A stretch of DNA of 64,000 nucleotides from Alphaproteobacteria bacterium UBA6376 (lineage in GTDB: Bacteria > Pseudomonadota > Alphaproteobacteria > Rs-D84): the NCBI GenBank assembly GCA_002437665.1, contig DJQW01000001.1:297492-361491 (forward strand). Reading direction: 5' to 3'. Each line of letters begins with the position of its first letter. Position 1 is the stretch's first letter. Made by a program: the position numbers and the translations under genes. The notes beneath the pieces are model-generated. The model was given only the letters and a program-made list of their open reading frames with translations, was not told where the DNA came from and made no database searches. Positions 26,146-34,051 of the stretch are shown piece by piece.

Positions 26146-27696
26146 ATGGTAAAATATCTGGATAATAATTCGGGCTTTGCCCAGTGGAGTGCAAACAAAA
26201 ACGCCACGGCCAAGAAATCAACATTCGGCGGTTTCTTGTGGTGGTTCATTCTGTTCTTTGCGGCAATGTGGGCATTTGGCGCATTCAAAGCACCAAAAAC
26301 AGACGTGCCTGCAACAACGGAAACGACCGCGGTGGTTGACCTGTCCGCCGTGCCAACGCGCGATGTCACATCTGAAAAATTAAACGCAACGGTTCAGGGC
26401 CTGCGCATATCAAACATCAAATTAAATGATTTCGCGGCCGACGCGGCACTGTTGTCGGGCACAAATGATTTTGCAGAGGTTGGCGTCTTGGCCACCGGCA
26501 CATCTGCGCCAACACCAACAACGGTGTGGAAATCGTCGGGCGATGCATACACATGGCGTAATTCAGACGGCGTTGATTTTCGTCGCACGATTACTGTTGA
26601 TAACTATGTAATCACCATCAACGATGAAATTAAAAATAACACCAAACGTGATATCGCGGTTGCACCATACGCACGCATCACACGCGCCGCGGGCGCGAAA
26701 AAATCCGCCGGTGTTTATACAGGCGCGGTTATGCGCGTAAATTCGGATATTGAGCACGCCGATTGGTACAAACTGGACAGAAAATCATACGCGTATTCCA
26801 CAACAAATGGTTTCGCGGGATTCGCAGACCAATATTCTGAAACGGTCGCACAAATCGATGCCGCCGACCAAACAATTCGTGCAAAGCAAATCGGCACAGA
26901 CGCATATCAAACCGATATTGCCGCCGCCGCAATCAGCATTGCGCCCGCTAGTTCAAAAACAATCACAACAAAAATCTTTGCTGGCCCACGTGACCAGACG
27001 GTTTTGAACGCCGCCGCCACCACGATTGCAGGCATTGATGATACGGTTGACTATGGTTGGTTCTGGTTTTTGGCACGTCCAATGTTGTGGGCATTAAACG
27101 GCCTGTACGCGATTGTCGGCAACTATGGCATTGCGATTATCATGTTCACGTTACTGTTGCGCTTTGCAATATGGCCATTGACACGCAAATCATATACATC
27201 AATGATTGCAATGCAGAAAATGCAACCAGAATTGGCGCGCATTCAAAAACTGTACGCCAATGACAAGGTTCGCCTGCAAATGGAAATGATGCGCCTGTAT
27301 CAAACGCATAAGACGTCGCCAATGTCGGGTTGCCTGCCGATGCTGATTCAGATTCCAATCTTTTTTGCATTGTACAAGGCGTTATTGGTATCAGTCCAAA
27401 TGCGCAGTGCTGGATTCTTGTGGATTTCTGATTTGGCGGCGATGGATCCATACTTTATTCTGCCGATATTGATGGGCGCAACAATGTGGTGGCAAACAAA
27501 ATTGCAGACCGCATCACAGCGGAACGCCACAACAAATAATGACGCCATTGCCCAGACCCAGCGGGTTATGAAATGGATGCCGGTAATGTTCACGGTTTTG
27601 TTCGCATGGATGCCGGCGGGATTGGTGCTGTATTGGACGGTTTCAAACCTGTTTGGTATCGCCCAAATGCAAATCATAAAACGCACATCTAAATAA
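26146..27696 (+). CDS. yidC: Membrane protein insertase YidC
   Basis: Large periplasmic domain, then a 60-kDa IMP core (MQKMQPELARIQKLY...GCLPMLIQIPIFFALY). ATG lies 2 nt after the lspA stop. Confidence 0.92.
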   Translation: MVKYLDNNSGFAQWSANKNATAKKSTFGGFLWWFILFFAAMWAFGAFKAPKTDVPATTETTAVVDLSAVPTRDVTSEKLNATVQGLRISNIKLNDFAADAALLSGTNDFAEVGVLATGTSAPTPTTVWKSSGDAYTWRNSDGVDFRRTITVDNYVITINDEIKNNTKRDIAVAPYARITRAAGAKKSAGVYTGAVMRVNSDIEHADWYKLDRKSYAYSTTNGFAGFADQYSETVAQIDAADQTIRAKQIGTDAYQTDIAAAAISIAPASSKTITTKIFAGPRDQTVLNAAATTIAGIDDTVDYGWFWFLARPMLWALNGLYAIVGNYGIAIIMFTLLLRFAIWPLTRKSYTSMIAMQKMQPELARIQKLYANDKVRLQMEMMRLYQTHKTSPMSGCLPMLIQIPIFFALYKALLVSVQMRSAGFLWISDLAAMDPYFILPILMGATMWWQTKLQTASQRNATTNNDAIAQTQRVMKWMPVMFTVLFAWMPAGLVLYWTVSNLFGIAQMQIIKRTSK

Positions 27697-27720
27697 AAAT
27701 GCCCCATCGGGGCATTTTTA
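27697..27720 (+). terminator. Rho-independent terminator after yidC (atgcccc-atc-ggggcat)
   Basis: Hairpin followed by a T-run. Confidence 0.75.
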
Positions 27721-28000
27721 TTAGTGATAAAGTGACAAAGTGATTCAGTGATATAGTTTAAGAATACAAAACTTAAAAACTCTGTCATTCCGTGGCTTGA
27801 CCACGGAATCTAGGTAATAAGAGCTGCGCCGAATGGCGCGCTTTTTATTTACTGGATTGCTACGCTACGCTCGCAATGAAACCGAGCAGTATGCGAAGGT
27901 TGCGGCAAGGACGTCAGTCCGCAGGCGACACACGAGCTAGAATTTTTGTCATTGCGAGGAATGAAATGACGAAGCAATCCAGTTGATAATGTTGCGTAGC
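27721..28000. repeat. Mosaic intergenic repeat cluster, site A
   Basis: Contains an 8-nt-periodic agtga(t/c) module, hairpin ttccgtgg-cttga-ccacggaa, gcgcc-gaat-ggcgc, ttactggattgc...ctcgcaatga, the tgcggcaaggacgtcagtccgcaggcgacac arm, and gtcattgcgagg...gcaatccagt. All recur elsewhere in the window. Confidence 0.9.
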
Positions 28001-28005
28001 ACAAA

Positions 28006-28368
28006 TTAAACACCGTTTAATTGCCGCAGATATTTATACAGTGCATCTGGCGTCTGAATCCGTGCACGGCGCAGGCCACATGCGCGCTTGGTAAATGCGA
28101 CACAGGTTGGCGCGCCCGCGCGTACTAAATCGGGTGGGGGCGTCGCGCCTGCCACGCATACCACCGACCAACCATGCGCACGCAGTGCGCGCAACCCGCG
28201 CGCCGTTATCGGTATTGGAATAATTTTATTTCGGTGTACAAATTGATACATGACCATTGGCGTGCCCGCGTCACCCGATGGCACAATCGGCGCACAGTGT
28301 TTGAAATGACGGCAAACAATGCGTGGCAATAATTTTGATGTTTTTGTACAAAATGCAACAATTATCAT
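28006..28368 (-). CDS. Hypothetical 120-aa protein (possible His...Cys thiol-hydrolase-like layout)
   Basis: RBS context GGGGGAAAACACAA-ATG. No signal peptide. FKHCAPIV...PTCVAFTKRACG pattern. No family recognised with confidence. Confidence 0.45.
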   Translation of the reverse strand: MIIVAFCTKTSKLLPRIVCRHFKHCAPIVPSGDAGTPMVMYQFVHRNKIIPIPITARGLRALRAHGWSVVCVAGATPPPDLVRAGAPTCVAFTKRACGLRRARIQTPDALYKYLRQLNGV

Positions 28369-28394
28369 TTGTGTTTTCCCCCGAATAAAAAAGG

Positions 28395-28751
28395 TTATTC
28401 ATGCACAATCCAACCGCGCGCAAATGCCGCCGCGTCCAGTGTTTCCATCGCCCGCCGCCACAGGTCGGCCGCACGATTTTCCGCCCAGATATATTGATGT
28501 GGCGCGCGACGACGATCGCCAAATTCTTTCATCACGCCCAGTTGTTCTGCACTCAGTTTCCCCGACAAATACAGTTTTGTAATCAGCGTTTCCACATCCA
28601 GCAATTCAGCGCAACGACGCGTTGCATGCGATGCGCCATGCATAAATCCGTTTTGCACGGATTTAGAATACAAAAACCAAAACCACATTTGTTCTGCGCT
28701 GTGAAATTTTTCAGGTGCATATTCGTATTGCGTATTTTGTTGTGCTGTCAT
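28395..28751 (-). CDS. Hypothetical 118-aa protein
   Basis: RBS AAGGGAGAAAACAA-ATG. Lies 26 nt upstream of 28006..28368, with a similar RBS context. No family recognised. Confidence 0.5.
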   Translation of the reverse strand: MTAQQNTQYEYAPEKFHSAEQMWFWFLYSKSVQNGFMHGASHATRRCAELLDVETLITKLYLSGKLSAEQLGVMKEFGDRRRAPHQYIWAENRAADLWRRAMETLDAAAFARGWIVHE

Positions 28752-28936
28752 TTGTTTTCTCCCTTTTTGTTGTTTTGTTTTCCCCCGAACGCACGCGCGT
28801 TCATGTGATTTGATATATAACCGAATAAATGAAAGTGGTGAAATATTACAACCAACGGTTGAACATTGATTCGGTTTTCTGATTCGTTGCGGAATTTTTT
28901 CCTGTTGCGCGCGAATCGAAAAAATGTGCTAAAAAA

Positions 28937-28960
28937 ACGCGCATCATTCGTGCGCGTTTT
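28937..28960. terminator. Bidirectional hairpin terminator (acgcgca-tcattcg-tgcgcgt)
   Basis: Flanked by A7 and T5. Second terminator downstream of virB10-like. Confidence 0.6.
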
Positions 28961-29010
28961 TATGCATCGCTATATAGTTTATTACATTTTCATATTCAAC
29001 CCCCGTGGTA

Positions 29011-29040
29011 TAAAAATAAACCCGCCATTCGGCGGGATTT
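29011..29040 (-). terminator. Rho-independent terminator of the virB8-10-like operon
   Basis: cccgcc-attc-ggcggg hairpin followed by a T-rich run on the minus strand, right after the stop at 29043. Confidence 0.7.
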
Positions 29041-29042
29041 TA

Positions 29043-31457
29043 TTACAAGATTGGCGGGAAACAATCACCACCCGATGATGGACAGCAATTAAACCCTTGG
29101 TCGCCCATATCGGTAAATACCTCGCCTGTGCAGCAACCATTGGCATCTGGATTCGTGCCATCTTCGCATGTGATAACGGCGGTTGCCTGTTCTTCTTCTT
29201 TCTTGACCGTTTGGAACGGATTCTGAATCGAACCATCGGCATTATATTTCAGACCCAAAACATTTTCGTTGTATGTTTTCTCGTCCATGCTGGCAATACT
29301 GTTTGTATTGTCCTTGTCCTGTTGATTTTTGTACAGCGCATCTTGCTTTGCATTATTGATGGCCTGATAATTCAGCGATTTGCAATATGCCGCAACGGTA
29401 CGATAATCATAGTCCGCCTCATACAAATCTTCTGTTTTACTCTCATTAATGTCCCACAGTCCGGTCTTGTCTTGGGTACAATAGTCCTGCAAATTAAACG
29501 AGCGTACCTGACCAATCCATGAACCATCGGTATAATCGGCAATGCCACTGTGTTTCCAATTCGCGCGCTGGTTACGCGATGCAGCATTCTCATACACCCT
29601 TTTGTTTTTGTCGGTCAAACCTGTTTCGCCCATAACCTGTTGTACAGAACATTTCTTGCTTTTGTCGCTGCCGCATGTCAGCACCAAATCGGTTGGTGGA
29701 AATACGGTAATGCGTGTACCCGCCGCAATGGAAAATGGTGGTACGGTATTGTCCATCATATCGACAATAAACTTTTGTGCGACCTGATTCCATGCGGTGA
29801 TAATTTCATTCTTGGCCAATTCAGATGAACGCACCGTCCCCGATTGAACAACCGTGTTATTGTCCAAATCAATCTGGTTCACAAATTTATCGGTGATTGG
29901 TGCAATCATATTCACCGCCGCCGGTACAACCGCCGTCAGCAATGGCATAACCATCTGTTCGATATAATCGGTGCTGCCATACCCCGGAACACCAACGCGC
30001 CCCTGTGAATCGCCCGAAAACGGACTGGTGTCGTCGCCATTGAAATTAAATTCAACACCATTTGGTAATACAAATTGATACCAGCGAATGTCCATACGGC
30101 CAACGGTTTTGTAAGGCCCCGGAATATCGCCCGTCACATACCCCAACAACAATGTTCCCGTTGGAATAATGACTGTACGTCCATCATCAGAATACACATT
30201 ACGGTCAACCGTCGCGCGCACCGGCAGGCCTTTTTCTTGGCCGTCATACAATTCTGGATCGGCGCGAACCTCTGATACGATTGTGGCTGGAATTGGTTTA
30301 TACTGGCGCAACACAAACGTGCGGTCAAACGGATCGGACGAGAATATGGCATCCTGACCACTTGTTCCAACAATCACATCGTCTTGTTTTTCTTTCAATG
30401 AAATCCCGCCGCGAAATGCATTGTGAATTGCTTCTGCACCGGTATAGTCGGGCGTAGGCATCGCGGTCGATGCATCAGACGAAATCAGTTCTTCGGTGGA
30501 CAACTGGTACGCGCGGTTTGCAACCTTTTTCACCGGATTTGACAACTGGGGCAGGTTACCCCCTGAAATCGTTGTATACCCGATGTGTTCGGCATCTGTA
30601 CCAATCTTTTTACCGTTGTTTTTGATGTCGGTAATCAGACCACTGTCGGGGTTATAGATACCCGTCGGATTGTTGCATTTTTTATCAGAAAATGGGTGGA
30701 AATAATACGCACCGTGCTCTGGACGAATCCATCCAATCTGGTTGCCGGTTGAATCATACCCCGGAAATGCAAATTCAGAACACACAACGCTGGGCGTCGG
30801 GTCGGGCTCTGCATTTGCAAACGGATCAGACGGTGCGATTGTTTCAATATCTTTTTTGATTTCGGTCTGAACCGGTTTTACAGGTTCAATTTCTGGCTCT
30901 GGTTCTGGTTTCGTTTCGACAATTTTTACAGGCTCTGGTTTCGCCACCGGTGCTGGTGCGGTCGCGCCCATAACCAAAACAATCTTGTCTGTCTTTTTCA
31001 TGCCGTCTGGCTGCGTTGCACCACGCCAATCAATAAACAGCGATGTTGTTTCCGTGTCCATTGCGGTTGTCGGCACATATTCCAATACCAATGTGCATGG
31101 AATCTGTGCATCAATATAGCCCATACCACGACACGTATCGGTTGATGTAAAACCGGCAATATCTTTGTGACGACGTACGTCCATAATTTTTACAGGTGCG
31201 GTTGCAGAAACCTTTAACGTTGTCTTTTGCTTTTCACCAACCTTGGTATTGGCCCAGTTGATGGATTCTGTCGCCGGCGTAATAATCAGGTTGATTGGCG
31301 CATCTTCGGTCTGTATATCTTTGGATTTGCCGCGCCCACCAATCAGCATGGTCATTAAAATCAGCACCACAACAAACGCCACCCCCAGCAGCAACCACTG
31401 AACCGACTTTGGCGTAGATTTGCGCATTTGTGAAATTTGTTGTTTGATACCACTCAT
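29043..31457 (-). CDS. VirB10/TrbI-family protein, enlarged (804 aa)
   Basis: N-terminal TM (aa 20-40) and a Pro/Glu-rich linker (aa 165-200). The core RATVDRNVYSDDGRTVIIPTGTLLLGYV...RMDIRWYQFVLPNGVEFNF...D..G..G parallels Agrobacterium VirB10 RDVYSDNGKVVLLEKGSKVVGEY...RIFVLWTRAKTPNGVVVNL. A 211-aa C-terminal extension follows. Confidence 0.75.
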   Translation of the reverse strand: MSGIKQQISQMRKSTPKSVQWLLLGVAFVVVLILMTMLIGGRGKSKDIQTEDAPINLIITPATESINWANTKVGEKQKTTLKVSATAPVKIMDVRRHKDIAGFTSTDTCRGMGYIDAQIPCTLVLEYVPTTAMDTETTSLFIDWRGATQPDGMKKTDKIVLVMGATAPAPVAKPEPVKIVETKPEPEPEIEPVKPVQTEIKKDIETIAPSDPFANAEPDPTPSVVCSEFAFPGYDSTGNQIGWIRPEHGAYYFHPFSDKKCNNPTGIYNPDSGLITDIKNNGKKIGTDAEHIGYTTISGGNLPQLSNPVKKVANRAYQLSTEELISSDASTAMPTPDYTGAEAIHNAFRGGISLKEKQDDVIVGTSGQDAIFSSDPFDRTFVLRQYKPIPATIVSEVRADPELYDGQEKGLPVRATVDRNVYSDDGRTVIIPTGTLLLGYVTGDIPGPYKTVGRMDIRWYQFVLPNGVEFNFNGDDTSPFSGDSQGRVGVPGYGSTDYIEQMVMPLLTAVVPAAVNMIAPITDKFVNQIDLDNNTVVQSGTVRSSELAKNEIITAWNQVAQKFIVDMMDNTVPPFSIAAGTRITVFPPTDLVLTCGSDKSKKCSVQQVMGETGLTDKNKRVYENAASRNQRANWKHSGIADYTDGSWIGQVRSFNLQDYCTQDKTGLWDINESKTEDLYEADYDYRTVAAYCKSLNYQAINNAKQDALYKNQQDKDNTNSIASMDEKTYNENVLGLKYNADGSIQNPFQTVKKEEEQATAVITCEDGTNPDANGCCTGEVFTDMGDQGFNCCPSSGGDCFPPIL

Positions 31458-31481
31458 ATTATACCGCCACCACTAGCATGA

Positions 31482-33029
31482 TTATTGAATACGAACAACA
31501 CTGCAACTGGAACCACTGAATTTCAACAACTGGTCGCATAGTTTTTGCGCCGTCTCGATATCAGACATTGGCCCAATGCGCAGACGATACAGACGTGCCG
31601 TATGCGATGTTGAACCCAAATCACCAACACCTTGTTCGTCAACCGCAAAGAATACCTTGTCCTTGTACGGGGTCAACAAACCAACGCCATCATCGCCGCT
31701 GAATTTCGCCAACAGACCCGTCCAATAATCATCCAATGCCTTGACCGATGTGTCGGATTTCAGTTCGACCGCCACGCCCGATTGGTTGCTGGTAATGAGT
31801 GGAATATTCGTCTGGGGCAGGTACGAACCCGCGGTCAAACGTTCGGTTGGCATCATTGTCACGCCCGATGTGCCCGATGACACAACCGGCATTGTAACAT
31901 TTGTTGTAACCGTGCCCGCCGGCATATAATAACCAGACGTTGCAACTGAATTAGTGTTCGAAACATATGTCGGCGAGCCAGTATAGTTCAGCCCCGCCGC
32001 ATTGATTGCATTCTGATCCATTGTGTACGCAATGGTGTTCAGTGATTGACCCGACATCATGGACTGCGCAACGTTTGCCTCTGCCAATGCCATGACGGAC
32101 GCCGTATCGGCAATCAAGAATGGCTTTTCACGCTTTTTAATGCAAACGATACGTTGACCACTGCGCAATACCATGTCGCCAACGGCCTCTACAATCAACA
32201 GACGACCATCTTCGCCATCCGTGCGGAAACTGACAGGGGATTCGCCGCCTTCGACCAGCAACGACACAACCGGACGTTGGGTCATTGCAATAACCTTGTC
32301 GCCAAAGTCAATGTATGTGAATATGCGGTCGCGCCATACGCGTTCTGGTGCAATTACGTAATCGTCAGGATTTGGAACAAAGATGTCCAAATCAAAACGA
32401 AATTCCGATGGGTCAATCTTCATAGATTTAATCCAACCGTAATCTTCGCCATCAACGCCAACGGTACTGCTGGTGGCGGCGGCCTTTTTGAAAATTGACG
32501 ATGCACCACCCGTTGTGGTGGTTGCCGCGGTTGCGTTTGGCAATGTCGCATTGCCGTCCAAAACAACGTCAACCTGTGAATACGTAATCTCGCTGGAATT
32601 TGATGGTTCACTGCGCAGATAGAAAATATACTTGTTACCAGATTTGCCCGTCACAATCAAATTAGTGTCCGAACCCTGATTGCTGGCGGTTGGGCTGATA
32701 ACCATTGTGCGGTCACCCTGATTGGCCTCAATCGTGAACAGACCCTGATTGCCAATAACGGCATCGGCAATTTGTTCGCCGTTCGGCAGGGACACCATCG
32801 TTACCATACCGTTGCGTAATTTGATTGGCAACACACTGCCTGATTCCCATGACAGTTGTGCGTACCCCGGTTTAATACTGCCCGCAGCCATATTTGCGGT
32901 TGGGTTGTCCCATGCATCTTGGACACCGTAATTGATACCAGTGGCCGCACCATGCGCAGATGCACACAATGCCATAACGCAGAAAACAGAAATGTTTAAT
33001 TTAATCGCAGTTCTAAAACTCATGCCCAT
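31482..33029 (-). CDS. VirB9/TrbG/CagX-family protein with C-terminal SPOR-like domain
   Basis: Signal peptide. N-domain is VTMVSLPNGEQIADAVIGNQGLFTI...TNLIVTGKSGNKYIFYL. C-domain is APERVWRDRIFTYIDFGD...RPVVSLLVEGGESPVSFRTDG..LIVEAVGDMVLRSGQRIVCI. The tail ...YWTGLLAKF...LYRLRIGPMSDIETAQKLCDQLLKFSGSSCSVV is SPOR-like. Confidence 0.72.
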   Translation of the reverse strand: MGMSFRTAIKLNISVFCVMALCASAHGAATGINYGVQDAWDNPTANMAAGSIKPGYAQLSWESGSVLPIKLRNGMVTMVSLPNGEQIADAVIGNQGLFTIEANQGDRTMVISPTASNQGSDTNLIVTGKSGNKYIFYLRSEPSNSSEITYSQVDVVLDGNATLPNATAATTTTGGASSIFKKAAATSSTVGVDGEDYGWIKSMKIDPSEFRFDLDIFVPNPDDYVIAPERVWRDRIFTYIDFGDKVIAMTQRPVVSLLVEGGESPVSFRTDGEDGRLLIVEAVGDMVLRSGQRIVCIKKREKPFLIADTASVMALAEANVAQSMMSGQSLNTIAYTMDQNAINAAGLNYTGSPTYVSNTNSVATSGYYMPAGTVTTNVTMPVVSSGTSGVTMMPTERLTAGSYLPQTNIPLITSNQSGVAVELKSDTSVKALDDYWTGLLAKFSGDDGVGLLTPYKDKVFFAVDEQGVGDLGSTSHTARLYRLRIGPMSDIETAQKLCDQLLKFSGSSCSVVRIQ

Positions 33030-33056
33030 GTTCCTTACCTTTCTGTGGCGCGGTGT

Positions 33057-33740
33057 TTAATTACCGCTGGCCAGATAGCCCGTATCCAGTGGATCGCCAT
33101 TACCAGATTCAACGGTGTATTCGGCAACGCGAATCCCCAACGGGTTGTCCAGACGATCCGACCATTTTAATGTCGCATTATCGTCCATCTCTAATTTCAC
33201 TATGATTGTATAATCTTTTTTATCGGTCTGTCCACCACTATCTTCACAGAAATACTTAAAATTTACAGCCCATGTTTTATAGTCCGATGTTCTGGGTTGA
33301 ACCGCACCGTTTTCAAATTCCACACTGCAACTAAATTCAAAGTCCGGCGTGTTGTTCATCAGTGCCGTCCACATGTTGGTCTGGGTAAATGCGGCATACA
33401 CCGCCGGTGTTGACCAAGTATGCACAACGCCATCTTCGGTATTATTCCATTTGCGCAGCATCACGCGCCCATCAGGCACAATTTCATTACGTGCCTTGAT
33501 ATATTCGCGAATAAACGCGCGTGTATACCATTTGAAATTGTCGTCGGTCGGTGGCAATTCAGACAGCGTGATTTCCAGATTTTCACGCGGCTGGGTCATC
33601 AAAAAGAACACCTGTGGCCGATTTAACGGAAACATTTTGTACAGGGTAATGCCCAGCACCCCCAGCACGACAATCGCGCCGGCGAACACAAACGTCATCA
33701 ATCTGGACAGCAAAATTGGCGGTTCTATGCGGTCTTGCAA
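33057..33740 (-). CDS. VirB8/TrbF-family protein
   Basis: Short N-terminus plus one TM and an NTF2-like periplasmic part (FIREYIKARNEI...; C-terminal NPLGIRVAEYTVE vs the VirB8 NPLGFQV motif). TTG start is preceded by GGAGAGGA. Confidence 0.7.
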   Translation of the reverse strand: MQDRIEPPILLSRLMTFVFAGAIVVLGVLGITLYKMFPLNRPQVFFLMTQPRENLEITLSELPPTDDNFKWYTRAFIREYIKARNEIVPDGRVMLRKWNNTEDGVVHTWSTPAVYAAFTQTNMWTALMNNTPDFEFSCSVEFENGAVQPRTSDYKTWAVNFKYFCEDSGGQTDKKDYTIIVKLEMDDNATLKWSDRLDNPLGIRVAEYTVESGNGDPLDTGYLASGN

Positions 33741-33977
33741 GTAAATCCTCTCCCTGTATATGGTCGATTGTAGACAAAAAATGGCCGGTGGTGCAAGCGA
33801 AAATTACGAAAAATCATATTTTATATGTATGGTTCTTCAGATTTTACTTGCGCCATCGCGATTAAAAACATATAATATTTCAGTTTTTCCACTTGCTTTT
33901 TCGTTCAGGTGTGCTACTCTGGCGACGACTGTCGGGGTTCGCGGGGCGTAAAAGTCAGGTGCGATTGCGACCAAAAC

Positions 33978-34051
33978 AGGGGCATAGTTCAACGGTAGAA
34001 TATCGGTCTCCAAAACCGCGGATAAGGGTTCGATTCCTTTTGCCCCTGCCA
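33978..34051 (+). tRNA. tRNA-Trp (anticodon CCA)
   Basis: AGGGGCATAGTTCAACGGTAGAATATCGGTCTCCAAAACCGCGGATAAGGGTTCGATTCCTTTTGCCCCTGCCA. Full cloverleaf checked by hand. Canonical position upstream of secE. Confidence 0.92.

Noticed and set aside
27721-27779. CRISPR-like periodicity (agtgata every 8 nt). The same block occurs at 47830, 49527 and 59921.
   Set aside because: The period is only 8 nt with no spacers. The block is a module of the dispersed repeat family, and no cas genes are present.
28866-29078. 70-aa plus-strand ORF in the virB10-like downstream spacer. A plus-strand sRNA ending at the 28937..28960 hairpin is also conceivable.
   Set aside because: The ORF runs straight through two terminator hairpins and has no RBS. 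The sRNA idea has no convincing promoter, so it is not claimed.
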